Shown here piece by piece: positions 27,272-42,240 of a stretch of DNA of 64,000 nt (positions are counted from its first letter, which is position 1; every line of letters starts with the position of its first letter). Location of the stretch: contig OX597821.1 of the NCBI GenBank assembly GCA_951406725.2, positions 34,720,001-34,784,000 of the forward strand, read 5' to 3'. The notes beneath the pieces are model-generated. The model was not told the DNA's origin. It did no database searches and saw only the letters and a list, made by a program, of their open reading frames with translations. This stretch comes from Octopus vulgaris (taxonomy: Eukaryota). The translations under genes and the position numbers were made by a program.

Positions 27272-27824
27272 TGCCCTGATGCAGTACCAGGCAGTGGCTC
27301 TCGTGGCTTCTGATCTTAACTGATTGGTAGTGTTATCATGTACATTATTTTGTCTTGGTATAAAAGATGGGCTACAGCAAATATTCTGCTCAATACCACA
27401 GATTTGCTTGTCAGTTGTTTGACCATAACCAATTGACCATGTCTCTTAGTGGCTGACGATATGTGCATTTCTGATCATGAGCAGAAGTAGTGGGGGAGCA
27501 TCATAGCCGTGTGTTGAAAGGAATTCTTAGAGGTTTGGATAATTCACCTTTGGAAACATGGATGGTTCATTCAACATCCTTAAACAATCCTTATTCAGGG
27601 ACTTTTGGAGCAGGATGGGCTACTCGACCAGAAGAATTCTAACTGGGCCCCACTTGCAATGTTATGCACTGTTTATCTTGATATGAGATCACCATGTCGT
27701 GCACATATGATTGTGATGCATGTGCCTGGTGTACCCTTATCAGACGGGTAGTCATGATGAGTATACTGGGCTTCGTATATTTTACCCCAGTGTCACTTTA
27801 ATGGCATGTACCGTTATCTCACTC
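27271..27824 (+). mobile_element. Non-coding interspersed element inside (AAT)n; diverged partial copy at 20200-20365 (minus)
   Basis: (AAT)n on both sides; gcaaatattctgctcaataccacagat and gatcatgagca..gtagtggg.gagcatcatagcc shared with the second copy. Confidence 0.7.
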
Positions 27825-27834
27825 AATAATAATG

Positions 27835-27889
<55 letters not shown>

Positions 27890-27890
<1 letters not shown>

Positions 27891-28350
27891 CCTTTCTACT
27901 ATGGGCACAAGGCTTCAAATTTGTGTGGGGAGGTGACTAGTTGATCACATCGACCCCAGTGTTTCACTGGTATTTATTTTAACGACCTGAAAGGATGAAA
28001 TGCAAAGTCAACCTCGGTGGAATTTGATCTCAGAACGTGAAGGCGGCAGAAATGCTGTAAAGCACTTTTCCCGGAGTTCTAACCATTTTGCCAGCTCGCT
28101 GTCTTTGAACTAGTGGTATATTAATTTCAAATCTTGACACAAGGCCAGAAATTTGCGGAGGAAGGAGAGGCGGGCTTGTCGATTACATCGACTCCAGTGC
28201 CCAATGCTTAACTGGTACTTATTTCATCGACTCCGAAAGGATGAAAGGTAAAGTCGACCTCGACGGAATTTGAACACAGAAGGTAAAGACAGAGGAAATG
28301 CCTCTAAGCATTTCGCCCTGTGTTCTAACGATTTTGTTAGATCGCCGCCA
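27890..28350 (-). mobile_element. Two older SINE B copies
   Basis: Reverse-complement matches to the family body; further old copies at 4650-4830, 29265-29410, 35112-35550, 49800-49990, 55383-55595. Confidence 0.8.
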
Positions 28351-29463
28351 TTGAACAGTATTGGTATATTGAAAACTAGTTGTATTCGATCAGATCTGAC
28401 CTGAGGTAACATCAAGCTCTGTTGTGTGGTTAAAAACTTAATAACGCATGCAAGTGGGTGAGTTAACTATAAAGTAAAGTAAGTGAAATCAGGCATTGAA
28501 GGCGACTTTGTCGAAGAGTAAGTATGTAGTTACTGTTGAAGGAATTTTAACTACAGTATCAGTTTGCGAATATTAGTATTTTACGGAGTACAGTTTTTGA
28601 CAGAATAAAAGATATTATTAATGATACCCAAGTATCTTTGAAACAAGCAATAGCATAGTTTTCGTTTTATATTCCAGAGCTGTAGATCTGACAACAAATT
28701 TAATAAATACAGTACAGGTGGTTGTACATTCGTATATGGGATAACGACAAGTATTACGAGAAGAGAAGAGTTATTTGGGTAAAATGTCAAAGTGCTTTCT
28801 GTTACATTACGATAAACTTAGCCATGTAGTTACGGATGCTAAAGGCATTCCTATTATATAGAATTAGAAAACCAACAATGGTTATTTGATTTGATATTTT
28901 CGGTTGATTTCACTAGCTACACAAATGATCCAAGTTTGAAATTGCAAAATCCGAATCGGCTTCATTACTTCTCTTCTTGCCAATATCTAGAGATTTGAAT
29001 GACTGGTACGATTGCTGGGATAACTCAACTGATAAAATACTGCTCGGTACATTTTCTCCCCCACTGTAAGAACAAGGAATCTCAATCAATAATGGAATTT
29101 GCTACAGAACTTCAATATCTTCGCATTAGCTTGAAAAGTGGTTTCGAGAATGACAAAATAATAATCTTAAAATACGTTCACAAGAAACTTGTATTGATGT
29201 GATTGTCATTTTTTTTTTTTTACAATTTTACCAAATTATTTAGAACCAGATAATTCTTTGATATTAGTTTCAAATTTTAGGTGAGTGGTAAATCGATTAC
29301 ATCAACCCCAGCGTTCAGCTGGTACTTATTTTATTGATTCCAATTGGATGAAAGGCAAAGTCGACCTCGGCGGAATTCGAACTCAGAACATAAAAGGCGG
29401 ATGAAATGCCATCGATGCTACTTGCTTACCGTCTTAGATAATACTTCGATATTAAAATTTAAT

Positions 29464-29645
29464 AGGCGCATTGGCCCAGTGGTTAAGGCAGCGGACTCGT
29501 GGTCGGAGGATCGCGGTTTTGATTCCCAGACCGGGCGTTGTGTGTATTTATTGAGCGAAAACATCTAAAGCTTCACGAGGCTCCGGCAGGGGCTGGTGGC
29601 GACCCCCGTTGTACTCTTTCGCCCCAACTTTCTCTCACTCTCTCT
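29464..29645 (+). mobile_element. SINE family A, 3' truncated
   Basis: Same tRNA head and body as 7533. Confidence 0.8.
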
Positions 29646-29689
29646 CTATATATTATATATATATATATATGCATAAATATATATATATA

Positions 29690-30007
<318 letters not shown>

Positions 30008-31253
30008 TGAAAGCACACACATATATATATATATATATAAAAACACACATATATTATATACATATATATATGTATGTATATATACATGTACATATATATA
30101 TATATGTATATGAAGTATACATTTGCTTGTGTGTGTGTGTGTATTAAAAATAATCGACGGGTTTGTGTTCTTTCTCGAAGACATTGCTTTATAGAATGGA
30201 TGTATAGGAGTCATGATTAGACTTTTAGAAGTCATCATGCAGTCTAATCGAAGGTGTTAGGTCTAACCTCATTTGAAGCATATCTAATCATAAAATGCCT
30301 CTTTACATTTCTGTAGAGTTAGCTTGTGTGTGACCCTAATTTACGATTTCTGCTTTTCTTCCCCTTCTCTCCCTTCATCTGCAAATTAATTAACACATCC
30401 AAAATAAATGCGTAACACACCTGCTTTCGATATCAGAAACACGAAATCGTTTTTAATCCTCTGAGAGCCATTAATTTGAAAGAAGACTTTAAAAAGCCTG
30501 AAACATATTCATCGCGGACAGTAATGTGTGGTTCACTAATTTACGCTTTTGAGCTCCAGCAATCCTTGGGGGACCGATTTTGTCTTTCATCCTTTCGGGG
30601 TCGATAGATTAAATAAGAACGAAGAAGGAAGTGTTTGTAAGGGGATAGTGAGGTGGGAGCGAATTGCACACACATACACACACATACCAAAAAGTAAGAA
30701 CACAAGGCGAAATAAAGTAATCTTTATTGGAAATATAATTAGCCAAGAATATATTTTTGATGGAATTCTCATTTATTTAATCAATTAGGGCTTTGGAGCC
30801 TCTCTGCCAGCAGTTCTTAACCTCTGGGGTATGACCTAAAGTTAGATTACTAGGTTGATGTTTTCTTTCAGTGAAATGAGAAGAAATTTTTGAAATTATA
30901 TTTTCCTTTGAAAGTACAAAATTTCTGTCGACTAGTGTTAGTGTTATTTATATGAGGTCGAGAATCAATAAAATAAGTACCAGTTGGATACTGGGGTCTA
31001 TGTAATCAACTTAGCTTCTGCCCTGAAATTATTGACCTTGTGCCAAAATTTTAAACCAATATTATTTTATATGACTGCTTTTGATCAAAATTTCCTTGAC
31101 AACCGCCTAGTACTTATTCTATCGGCCTCTTTTGGCCGATAGAATAAATACTAGGCTTCCAAGTTCTGGCGTTGATTTGCTCGACTAAAGGTGGTGCTCC
31201 AGCATGGTAGCAGTCAAATGACTGAAACAAGTAAAAGAGATAAAAGAGATAAA

Positions 31254-31320
<67 letters not shown>

Positions 31321-31321
31321 T

Positions 31322-31654
31322 GGTAACAACGGTAAGATAACGAAAGAAAGAAAGAGACCTCAATATAATGTAAATAGAGGAAATTTATCTGTAAATTATG
31401 TTACCATTATTCAATAGCCAAGATAAAACTCTGAGTTTCGGATGCCGAGGTGGAAATCCACAACACCATCTCTTCGCAAACATATCCGTTACATACATGC
31501 ATGCGTGCATGCATGTATGTATACGTGCACATAGACGTGCACATCCACTCATTAATATACAAATGCGTTCGCATATAAGTTTGTATATCGCGTATTAATT
31601 TATTTTTGTATTTATTATATTGAATATCCACATTGCCCATGCGTATATATAGAT

Positions 31655-31726
<72 letters not shown>

Positions 31727-31863
31727 ATGTATGTATGTATGTATGTATGTATGTATGTATGGCCAGATAACCGAAGAGATGGTGTTGTGGATTTCCACCT
31801 CGGCATCCGAAACTCAGAGCTTTATCTTGGCTATTGAATAATTGTCACATATTATTTTACAGA
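31322..31863. mobile_element. Inverted pair of hammerhead-bearing repeats enclosing a locally copied segment
   Basis: About 31388-31476 is the reverse complement of 31772-31863; (TA)n on both outer sides. Confidence 0.7.
31765..31827 (+). ncRNA. Type I hammerhead with extended stem II (U16.1 mutated to C in this copy)
   Basis: agataa CCGAAGA gatg..gtgga ttt ccac..catc c GAAA CUC a GAG CU ttatct; the inverted partial copy at 31421-31476 retains GAGUU. Confidence 0.65.
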
Positions 31864-32606
31864 TATATATATATATATATATATATAATATCAACAATTG
31901 AGGGTAAAATTAATTAATTAATCAATTTCACCAAAGCCCTAATTATATAATGTTATATATATATATATATATATATAACGGGGCTTGGTTTTTTCACAGC
32001 GGGGGGTTTCCTTGACAAGGTAGGCTTAGATGAACACACACACACATAAAACATAATATATATATATTTTTTTCTTTCTGCCACCCAACGGTTATCACGG
32101 CAGTAGCCACTGACAGCCGAACGATCAAACGCACACACGTACACAAAAAATGTTATCTACCCCTACGCCAACACACACATATATAGAACAGTATACACAC
32201 ACACACGTCTCTAAGTAGATTTTTTCTCGCCCCTTATAAAACATCCAATATTCCTTAAATAGTCAGAACTTTATTCTCGGTCACTAAGAACATCTATACA
32301 CCCTCACCCACTTGATTGACCGATGCCTGACCTGTAGAATTCTTCAGCCACCGGTTCTCAGCATACACTGATAAACAGTTTCGCCATGGGCTCTTAGGAG
32401 CATAGTTCGATTTGGTTTTTGCTCCGCCTCTGTTCTGTTTTTGTTTCTCTAACGGATTTCCTTTTTTCTTCCTGAAGAGAAAGACACAATATGGTCCCAT
32501 TATTCAATCGGATTTTGGTAATTTGTGCCTTTCGAAACACGTGTAGAATGAAATAAAACGATTTCTGTTCAATCTGCGTTCAGCTCCATTTCTTCAATTC
32601 ACCAAT

Positions 32607-33025
<419 letters not shown>

Positions 33026-33458
33026 TATATAATGAGTGCGTGTGCGGGGTAACATCACAAAAATAATGATGGGAAAGATGGCAGTATTATGAAGAGTTGG
33101 CGTTAATCATAAAACGTGAAAGTTGCTATCTCACCCTTGTGCTCTTTATTTTTTTGTATATCTCTCTTTCTTTCTTCCTCTTTCTCCCTATCTTTCTCTC
33201 TCTCTCTCTTTCTCACATTTTACACATCGAGAATTGTTAAACTCTGATGACCTCTCATCAATCACACACATACACACACACACACAAGCTCTCGCAAACA
33301 TATCCGTTACGTACATGTATGCGTGCATGTATGTATGTATACATGCACATAGACGTGCACTCATTAATATACAAATGCGTTCGCATATAGTTTTTTTATA
33401 TCGTGTATTCATTTATTTTTGTATTTATTATATTGAATATCCACATTGCCCTTGCGTA

Positions 33459-33832
33459 TCTCTCTATATATAAACGGCAGTTTGTCTGTGCGTGTTTCTG
33501 TGTGTCTGTTTGCTTGTACCCTCACCCTGACCACGGCTTTCAACCGATTCTGATGAAACTTGACACACACATAGCCCAATGTCATAATTCAAAACTAACG
33601 CAGCCAAAATTTTGAAAAGTTCCCCCAGTTCTGAAAAAAATCGATAAATTCGACATGGGGTCGAGAATCAGAAACACGAACCACAAACTGTCTAGGGGAC
33701 GCAACTCCATCCTTTTTTAACTCTCAAAAAAAAATTTACCATATTTTTTTCCATTTTTTGGCTATAACTCTCTAAAAATGCTTTATAGTTATTTCCCTTA
33801 CAAACCTGAGCAACGCCGGGCGATACTGCTAG
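33459..33832 (+). mobile_element. Non-autonomous Helitron (374 bp)
   Basis: 5' TC, 3' CTAG, GC-rich subterminal hairpin cctgagcaacgccggg, inserted between A and T with no TSD; empty site visible in the duplicate at 31641-31657. Confidence 0.85.
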
Positions 33833-33881
33833 TATATAGATAAGTGTGAGTGTGTATGTATGTACTTGTGTGTGAATGAGC

Positions 33882-33912
<31 letters not shown>

Positions 33913-34056
33913 AGAGAGAAAGAGAGAGAGAGAAAGGAAACACTGCGCATATACAAAGATGTATATGTGTACGGATTGCACTCAAACATATACACGTATA
34001 TATATGGTATATACATGTATGCATGAATGTAAGAATGTATGTATGAGTGTATATAT

Positions 34057-34090
<34 letters not shown>

Positions 34091-35234
34091 GCGCATGAAT
34101 TTAGATATATATATATATATATATATATAAAACTATGTATGTATATAGAAGTATATATGTATATATATATATATATGTACACGTATGTGTGTGTATGTAT
34201 GTGTATGTGTGTGTGCGTGTTTGTGTGTGTGTGTGTAGATATAATTATATGAATGTGTATATACTTTCAGCCTCGCAACTGTGCCTTGTTTATATACAAT
34301 TTTTTTTTTAAAGCGGAAGTGTAATTATAATCAAACGGATGTTCTACCGCCGAGCTCATCTTTAATAATTCATACGCCATCTTGATTATTTTTTCTTCTG
34401 TTTTTGGACTTTATATTATTTATAGGACAGCATTGAAATATAATTGAATCGTATAAGGGTTAATGATGTTCCGCAACTGAAGGAAAATTTATATGACCTT
34501 TCACATCTTTAGGGTGAACTATTTTATAGGATGGGAATGAAAGAAAAATAATTCCATTAGTTTTCTTCATGTGTTCTCTCTCTCTCTCTCTCTCTCTCTT
34601 TCCCTCTCTCTTTCGCTCCTTTTTCCCTGTATTTTGACCTCAGTTTTAAGTTTAATGTAGCTGTATTTCTACTTGCTTAATGTTTTTCGTTTCGTTGTCG
34701 AGTTAACAGTCGTATGTATGATGTTTGGTAAGATCTCTATCCCGTAAGCTGATGATGTCGGCTCGATTTCAACAGGAGCAATATTTTCATTTCACTTCTC
34801 GAAACTACTCATACAAAAAGTTTTTGATGGCACTCAACAGCCTCGGAGGCAGTGACTCTTCTCACTCATCTATTGATGCCAGTTTACTGGGAATACAAGC
34901 AGCATAAAGCAAATTTAGCTGTCAGAGATACATTCACTTAAAACCGATGAAATGTATGAAGCTATTTGTATAACCTGTATCTTGAATTGAAGGAAGGGCT
35001 TCAAACACAAACAGTATCAGCACGACTAGGTATAACTGTTTGATTCGACCCAGTTACATACTTGTTAAAGTTTACCTCTGCCAGTATTAGAGGTGAATAT
35101 CAAAGCCGACCAAGGCGGTGAGCTGGCGGAATTGTCAGCTCACCGGACAAAATGCTTAGCGGCATTTCGACCGTCCTTACGTTCTAAGTTCAAATTTTGC
35201 CGAGGTCGACTTTGCCTTTCATCCTTTCGAAATC

Positions 35235-35439
35235 TTCTTCTTCTTCTTCTTCTTCTTCTTCTTCTTCTTCTTCTTCTTCTTCTTCTTCTTCTTCTTCTTC
35301 TTCTTCTTCTTCTTCTTCTTCTTCTTCTTCTTCTTCCAGCATTCACCCGGGGTGGGTTGAGCTGGCTTCATTCATCCTCAATGCTGCATCTCTCACAAAC
35401 GCCGACCAGGCCTGGCGATTTGAGGCTAACGACCGCGTG
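35235..35439 (-). mobile_element. About 100-nt RTE-like LINE 3' end with (AAG)n tail, inserted into a SINE with a 14-bp TSD
   Basis: TSD atcctttcgaaatc at 35221-35234 and 35440-35453; minus strand encodes SLASNRQAWSAFVRDAA..PG*. Confidence 0.75.
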
Positions 35440-35719
35440 ATCCTTTCGAAATCGATAAAATACGTACCAGCTAATCACTGGAGTCGATGTAATCCACTAT
35501 ACCCCTCTTTCGAATTTGCTGGCTTGGCACCAAAATTTGAAATCAATATCAAACCAACGTTACTGGTGTTTAATCTCTGAACGTAATATGATGAAAATAA
35601 ATACTTTAAAAATGTATTTACACCCATACTCTGTTGCTTCTAGCCCCTACTTCTTTGACTTTATCTTGAAGTATTGCGGTATTCAATGTCTTATATTCAA
35701 GACATCTTTCTGCTTAATT

Positions 35720-36540
35720 CCTTTGACTCCATGCAGAACATGGAGCGCCAACAACGGATCTCCATTTATATCTATTTTTGGCATCAGATTGCAGTTGTCC
35801 TCAAAGGTAACCACCATCCAGTGCTTGAGTTTCTGCGGACCTTGTCCATATTGTTTTTGATCTACCACGCTTCTTCTTCTTTAAGGTATCCATCAGAGGG
35901 TTTGTCTTGTAATTGTGGAAACAGGTTTCTGTATGCTGTGTCCCAGCTAACCTCGTTTCGTCCTCTTGATCTGGGTTTCGATAAGCTGCTACTTCACCTG
36001 TTACCCCAGAGCCTTCTTTATGAATCTGTTTTGCAAACTCACTTGAAGGATTTACCGGAGACATCTATTGACAAACGTGTGGAGCCCGTCAATGGATAAC
36101 TCTGTAACTTGCCATGTTACACATGCGTGGAGGCACATGGTCTAGTGGTTAGAGCAGCGGACTCACGGTCGAAGGATCGCGGGTTCGAATCTCAGACCCG
36201 GCGATGTGTATGTTTATGAGCGAAACACCTAAGCTCCACACAGCTCCGGCAAAAGGTAATGGCAAAACTTCTGCTGATTCTTTCGCCACAACTTTCTCTC
36301 CCTCTTTCCTCCTGCATCTTGCAGCTCACTTGCGACGGACCGAGAAACCGGCCCTTATGAGCCAGGCATGGCTCGAGAAGGAACAAACAAAACAACATGT
36401 TACACATGCGTTCAAAAGAACCATATTTAAGTTCCTGTTAAAAATCTTGAGTTTTGTGTTTGTTGATAAGGTCAATGATCTCCATATGGATCTGAGCATC
36501 CCGAAAGCAGCTGTAACATTCCCAGTCCTCGTTTTTATCC
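35720..36540 (-). pseudogene. Decayed RTE-clade LINE C-terminal region, interrupted by a SINE
   Basis: TRTGNVTAAFGMLRSIWRSLTLSTNTKLKIFNRNLNMVLLNAC..TW..FVNRCLR..GRSKTIWTRSAE. Confidence 0.75.
36129..36395 (+). mobile_element. SINE family A with perfect 16-bp TSD
   Basis: catgttacacatgcgt at 36113-36128 and 36396-36411. Confidence 0.9.
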
Positions 36541-36608
36541 AAGAATTGCTCATTGCTAAATGAAAAACTATACTGATGTTTGCTACACCTCTGTTCTCAA
36601 TTTGATAT

Positions 36609-36841
36609 GTTTCTTTATTACCCACAAGGGGCTAAACATAGAGAGGACAAACAAGGACAGACAAACGGATTAAGTCGATTACATCGACCCCAGTGCGTAA
36701 CTGGTACTTAATTTATCGACCCCGAAAGGATGAAAGGCAAAGTCGACCTCGGCGGAATTTGAACTCAGAACGCAACGACAGACACAATACCGCTAAGCAT
36801 TTCGCCCGGTGTGCTAACGTTTCTGCCAGCTCGCCGCCTTA
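36609..36841 (-). mobile_element. Young SINE B with Tx1-like tail
   Basis: Flanked by aatttgatat at 36599-36608 and 36845-36854. Confidence 0.88.
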
Positions 36842-39800
36842 TAAAATTTGATATCGTTGTTTAGTCTCCTAAAAGAGGTCTGATCGAGAAGATCTAAGAT
36901 CAAAGACATTTCTGTCAAGATCATTCTGTTCGACTACATTATTTACTGAGTTCTTTTTTTAAGACGATGGAAAATGGGTTTTCTTGTAGATCCAGCAAAG
37001 GCTCCTTCATTGTTTCAGTTTTTTTACGTAGGATGATTGATGTGCGTTGTTCTAAATTTTATTGGTTACCAGATTTCCATATTATTTTGTCAGTTAAACA
37101 TTGATAGGCTGGAGTTGTCAACGGATAGATAGATGGATGGTGATTGTACTGACTGACAATGAATGGGTTATTTGCTCCTTATATACTAATCATCATTACG
37201 CTGTGTACGTTGTAAGTAAGGCACACTTAGTACTCACTGGCCTAATTTAGGTATAAATATGTGCAACCCAATGTTAAATGTGGCAAAACCAACAATGCAA
37301 TTAGTTTTGTTATCTTGTTGTGCTTAGCTATCTTCTTATTACTTGGAGTAGATCAATAGCTTCCTTTTAATACAAAGTGTTATATAACTCATCCTGCCTT
37401 CAATACTTCAATATTTTTATCAGTCGAGCAATCGTTTTACCAGCTGTATGGTCCATTAGCAGTCTGATCAAAATATTGAAATAGCGTATTTCTAAGTAGA
37501 TATCGTTGCGGATGACCAGCGAAAAAATTAATGGCACTGCTGTCATACACATTGTTGAACATTGTTTGCGCAAGACAACCCTTAAAATATTAATTCATTA
37601 AGCTGTAAGTAGGTACCGTTAGAGACAGTAATGATTCAACACTGTGGGCACTAGTGCTGTAAGAAGAACGGTTGTTTCGTTAACTCGCGTCGTTGAATTT
37701 AATTCCTTTCGTGTGTATACTTGGAAAAGGATAACTTTTTTTAAAGCGACTTATCTCTTGATACAGTGTACGAAGATGAAGGCATTAATGACACCCCTAC
37801 AATTCAGTTTGCCACTGCTGTTTAGGTAGGTATTTTGAAGTTCGTATAGTCGTATTACTAAATGACTATTCTTTTATCAATTCTGTATTAGCGTGCTTTT
37901 GTAATGATATTATTAGTGTTAAGTCAACAAAGCTTGTCGGAACAAAGATTTGTTTTCTATCAATTTAAGTTGATAATAAGTAAAGTACTTCTCAAGTACT
38001 GAGGGCCATATTATCGAGGGCATTATATTTCCAAAATGTTTGGTTTTGTTTTTATGTTTGTTTTTATGTTATATATTAAGTGTTTAATTGTAACAAAATA
38101 CACCGCATATCAACACCGTGTTGTTCATATCTTTTAAGAGAAGAGGTAATTTCATTGGACCGTTGTGGCATCCTTCACGTAAAAGTAGCCACGAGGGCTA
38201 CTGATGGACATGTCGAAGTTTGTAATTACATGTCAACGCTTCGTGTCCTGAAAATAAAACTGCCCATTGTCCATAGCCAATGAATCAAAATATTATAAGA
38301 CACGCGCGAGTAGATATAACGTAACACAATTAAGGAGAGCATTGTAAAACTTGTGTCTTTTGTAGCCGGGTAGCTCAAACTCCCTTGATTATTTTAGAGA
38401 GGGGGAAGAGGAATTGATCTAGTGTATACTTCACTTGGAAATCGTCTTGCTATTTTATGTATAGGTTCACCAGGAACTATGTACGACTCCATTAAGATAC
38501 TTTAGCTATTACCATACAACACTTTGCACACATAAAGATCTTACAGCATCTCTTTTTTGTTTAATGTAGAATTTTTATATTAGTTGGAGTGATGTTCTTC
38601 TCTGACAAATACATAATATAAAAATTCCTCATCTCACAACTACGGAATTTCTATGTCCCCTGTTTCTATTTTCTCTTTGGTTTTTCATTTTCACGCTGCT
38701 CCTGCATACGAAAGAGCATATGTTACTTTAAAATGTTTTCTGTTCGTCTTGTAGCTGCTCTCCACTGGAAACTGTTCATTTACTGCTCCAGATTTGTTTC
38801 TAATGCAGTTACTGTTGTTGCTAACTTGTTGTTGTTACCAAATCAGTCAATACAACTACCAAAACGTCCACCAATGAGCGTGTCACTTTTTAATCATTCA
38901 ATCTGCTATAATTAGCAACCAATTCTCCTTAAATTTACAGAAAGCCATCTTAAAATAACGAAGCATAGATGCTTCGGATAACGCAGACGAGAAAATGTAA
39001 TAGATCGAATGTTCACATACGAAATTATTTTCTTCATAGCTCCTTATATTCAGTTCCGATCTATGGCAAAGCAGAAGCAACAGCAGCAACAATAGCAATA
39101 CCAGGAGCAACAATATCATCACAACAAATAACAGCAACAACTGCTGTTGGTGCGCTCCTACTTGGATAGTCTGATCTTACGATGACGGAGATGGCCTCAG
39201 CTGCGTAAACCGCTCTTGAGTTGAGACAATTAGCGAAAGCAAAAATTATTCAAGTAATATGGATTCTAAGAAGAATCATCTTTATTGGCACTTACCCGAG
39301 TCGGTTAAACTGAAAATAAACTAAATTTTCATTCCACTTCTATATAGGTATTTTATCAACCACACATGTCTGTGTCGTCTAAAATCTCTGACATGGCTGC
39401 TACTAGCAAAGGTGTTTATAGTAAATGAAAGTAAAATGGTAACATGCAGCATCCGTTTGAACTGGTAATGATCCAAGTGAATAATAATTAGTTTGATAAC
39501 ACCAGATAAAGTGGGGAGGAGTGTAGGGAAGATATCTAACGTTTCGTACAATTGCACATCATCTAAGGAGAGAATGCAGCGTTGCAGCATGTGTAAGATA
39601 AGAATATTCTCACCAATATATACAAGCATACTTAAACTTACGTCGGCAACTGGTTCCAAGACAGATTGATTCGAAAAACGACCTAACATGAAAAGACACG
39701 AAAAAAATTATCACCGTATATCCGTCTTAATAAATGATTTGTACATATCTTCACACGTATTATATTTGATTTTCCACTTCAAAATTGGTTTTCACGAGGG

Positions 39801-40352
39801 TTTTTTTGTTTTAATAAAGTCTTTATACTAGTAAATATGTTCGCTGGAACTGACGTAAAGTCGGATAATTTGACTGAAATTGAGGTGTATTTTTTTTATC
39901 AGGTTTTTAAATAATAATAATAATAATGATAATAAAAATAAAACAGCATAAAGTCGGAAAAGACGTAACGTAATTCGAAACGACGTAAAATGAGGTATGC
40001 TCATGTATATTAATACCTGATGACAGCTCAAGTTACCACACAACATTCTAACTCTTTCTGAGATGAAGGAAAATACTCCATAACGTCAGACCTAACATGT
40101 CTAGCGGCATTTACAACTGTCAGAGTCATCTATAAACTGTATTGAAGTGAAATGAAATGGCTGCAATCGCGAATTGAAAACTGGTTAGAGATTCGACTGG
40201 CTGTAAGTTTAGTTTGATTGTGTCATTCATTGTATATTAGGTAAAATGGAAAACAAAACAACATTACATATACTTTGTTTTAATATTTTTATTCTTTTAT
40301 ACTAAATACATGTTTCTTTACACGTTTCAATTTCACAAAAGATATGTATGTA

Positions 40353-40555
<203 letters not shown>

Positions 40556-40850
40556 GTATATATATATGTATATATGTGTGTGTATGTATATGTGTATACA
40601 TATATGTAAGTATGTACATATACACGCGTACGCTTGTGTGTAATTATAGATTCATATATGTATATTATGAATGATGCATGTATGCATAAATACATACATA
40701 TATCTATACATGCATATGTTTTATGTATGCATATATATATATATATATATATATATGCATATATATAAATGTGCATATATATATATATACATATATATAT
40801 ATACATATATAAATATACATATATACATATATATAAATATATATACATAG

Positions 40851-40885
<35 letters not shown>

Positions 40886-41393
40886 CACACATACATATAT
40901 GTATCAATAACGTACGTGAATACGTACGACAAGGATACATACAGACATATATTCTTACTAACATACATACATAGAAAACCTAACACTTATTTTTCTGCAA
41001 ATTGACAAAATTAAGAGTTTTATTCACTTAACGTAGAACATAATTTGTCTTACTTCGCCCGATTACATTTCAGTTAAGTTACTTGTCAAAGAAAGAAGAG
41101 AGGTAAAAAAAAAACAAAAAAACATAACTCTCTGAAAATAAGTATATATTTCGTTATGGGTTCCTGTATGTGCAATAATTCGAATAATTTGCTTATGAAA
41201 GTGTTTTTTTGAACGGTTGAGTATTTTGGGTGTCTGTGACACGTTTATTTTTTGTCTCTGTGCTCCTTTTTTGAGTACATGGAAGTGTATATATTTCACA
41301 CGCTTATGTCCGTGTTTCTGTGTGGGTATATGTGTGTATAATGTGTATGTATGTATGTATGTATGTATGTATGTATGTATGTATGTATGTATG

Positions 41394-41768
41394 TGGAGGC
41401 GCAATGGCCCAGTGGTTAGGGCAGCGGACTCGCGGTCGTAGGATCGTGGTTTCGATTCCCAAACCGGGCGTTGTGAGTGTTTATTGAGCGAAAACACCTA
41501 AAAGCTCCACGAGGCTCCGGCAGGGATGGTGGTGATCCCTGTTGTACTCTTTCACCACAACTTTCTCTTACTTCCTGTTTCTGTTGTACCTGTATTTCAA
41601 AGGGCCGGCCTTGTCACTCTCTGTGTCACGCTGAATATCCCCGAGAACTACGTTAAGGGTACACGTGTCTGTGGACTGCTCAGCCACTTACACGTTAATT
41701 TCACGAGCAGGCTATTCCGTTGATCGGATCAACCGGAACCCTCGTCGTCGTAACCGACGGAGTGCTCC
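41394..41768 (+). mobile_element. Full-length SINE family A in (ATGT)n
   Basis: tRNA head plus tail ending cgtcgtaaccgacggagtgc; tail fragment also at 20026-20117 (minus). Confidence 0.85.
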
Positions 41769-41814
41769 ATGTATGTATGTACACTCAAACACACACACAC
41801 ACACACACACACAC

Positions 41815-42020
41815 AATGTGACCGCGTGTGTACCGTTGGCGATTTTTTTCCCTCCGTCTTCCCTTCTCTGGATCTTTCCTTTTCCTATGTTTCTGACGAA
41901 GAGCTCCGCTCGAAACGTTAAACCCTCCTTCTTCCCTTCCTTCCTGAGTGTCCAATAATACTATATTTGTTCCACGTCCTCGCGTTGTTGTGTTTTCTCT
42001 TTGTGTATTCATGTTTGGAT

Positions 42021-42025
<5 letters not shown>
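41815..42025 (+). mobile_element. Short hammerhead-bearing repeat (PLE terminal-repeat type) between (CA)n and (TA)n
   Basis: About 210 bp; highly similar reverse complement at 29799-30007. Confidence 0.75.
41889..41923 (+). ncRNA. Ultra-minimal hammerhead variant (extra A after core, loopless stem III)
   Basis: gttt CUGACGA A GAGC ucc GCUC GAAA CG UU aaac; palindrome AACGUU. Confidence 0.65.
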
Positions 42026-42091
<66 letters not shown>

Positions 42092-42095
<4 letters not shown>

Positions 42096-42240
42096 CAGTA
42101 TCGCCCGGCGTTGCTCGGGTTTGTAGGAAATAACTATAGAAGCATTTTTAGAGCGTTATAGCCCCAAAATAGCAAAAAAATGCATTAAAAATGGAAAAAA
42201 AAATTATGGTAAATTTTTTTTTAAATCGTTGACTCATCGT
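42092..42240 (-). mobile_element. Helitron 3' end fragment of the same family
   Basis: Reverse complement of 33720-33832 including cccgagcaacgccgggcgatactgcta. Confidence 0.75.

Noticed and set aside
38100-38260. Strong minus-strand splice acceptor ttttattttcag
   Set aside because: All three frames stop within about 60 nt; no supporting exon chain
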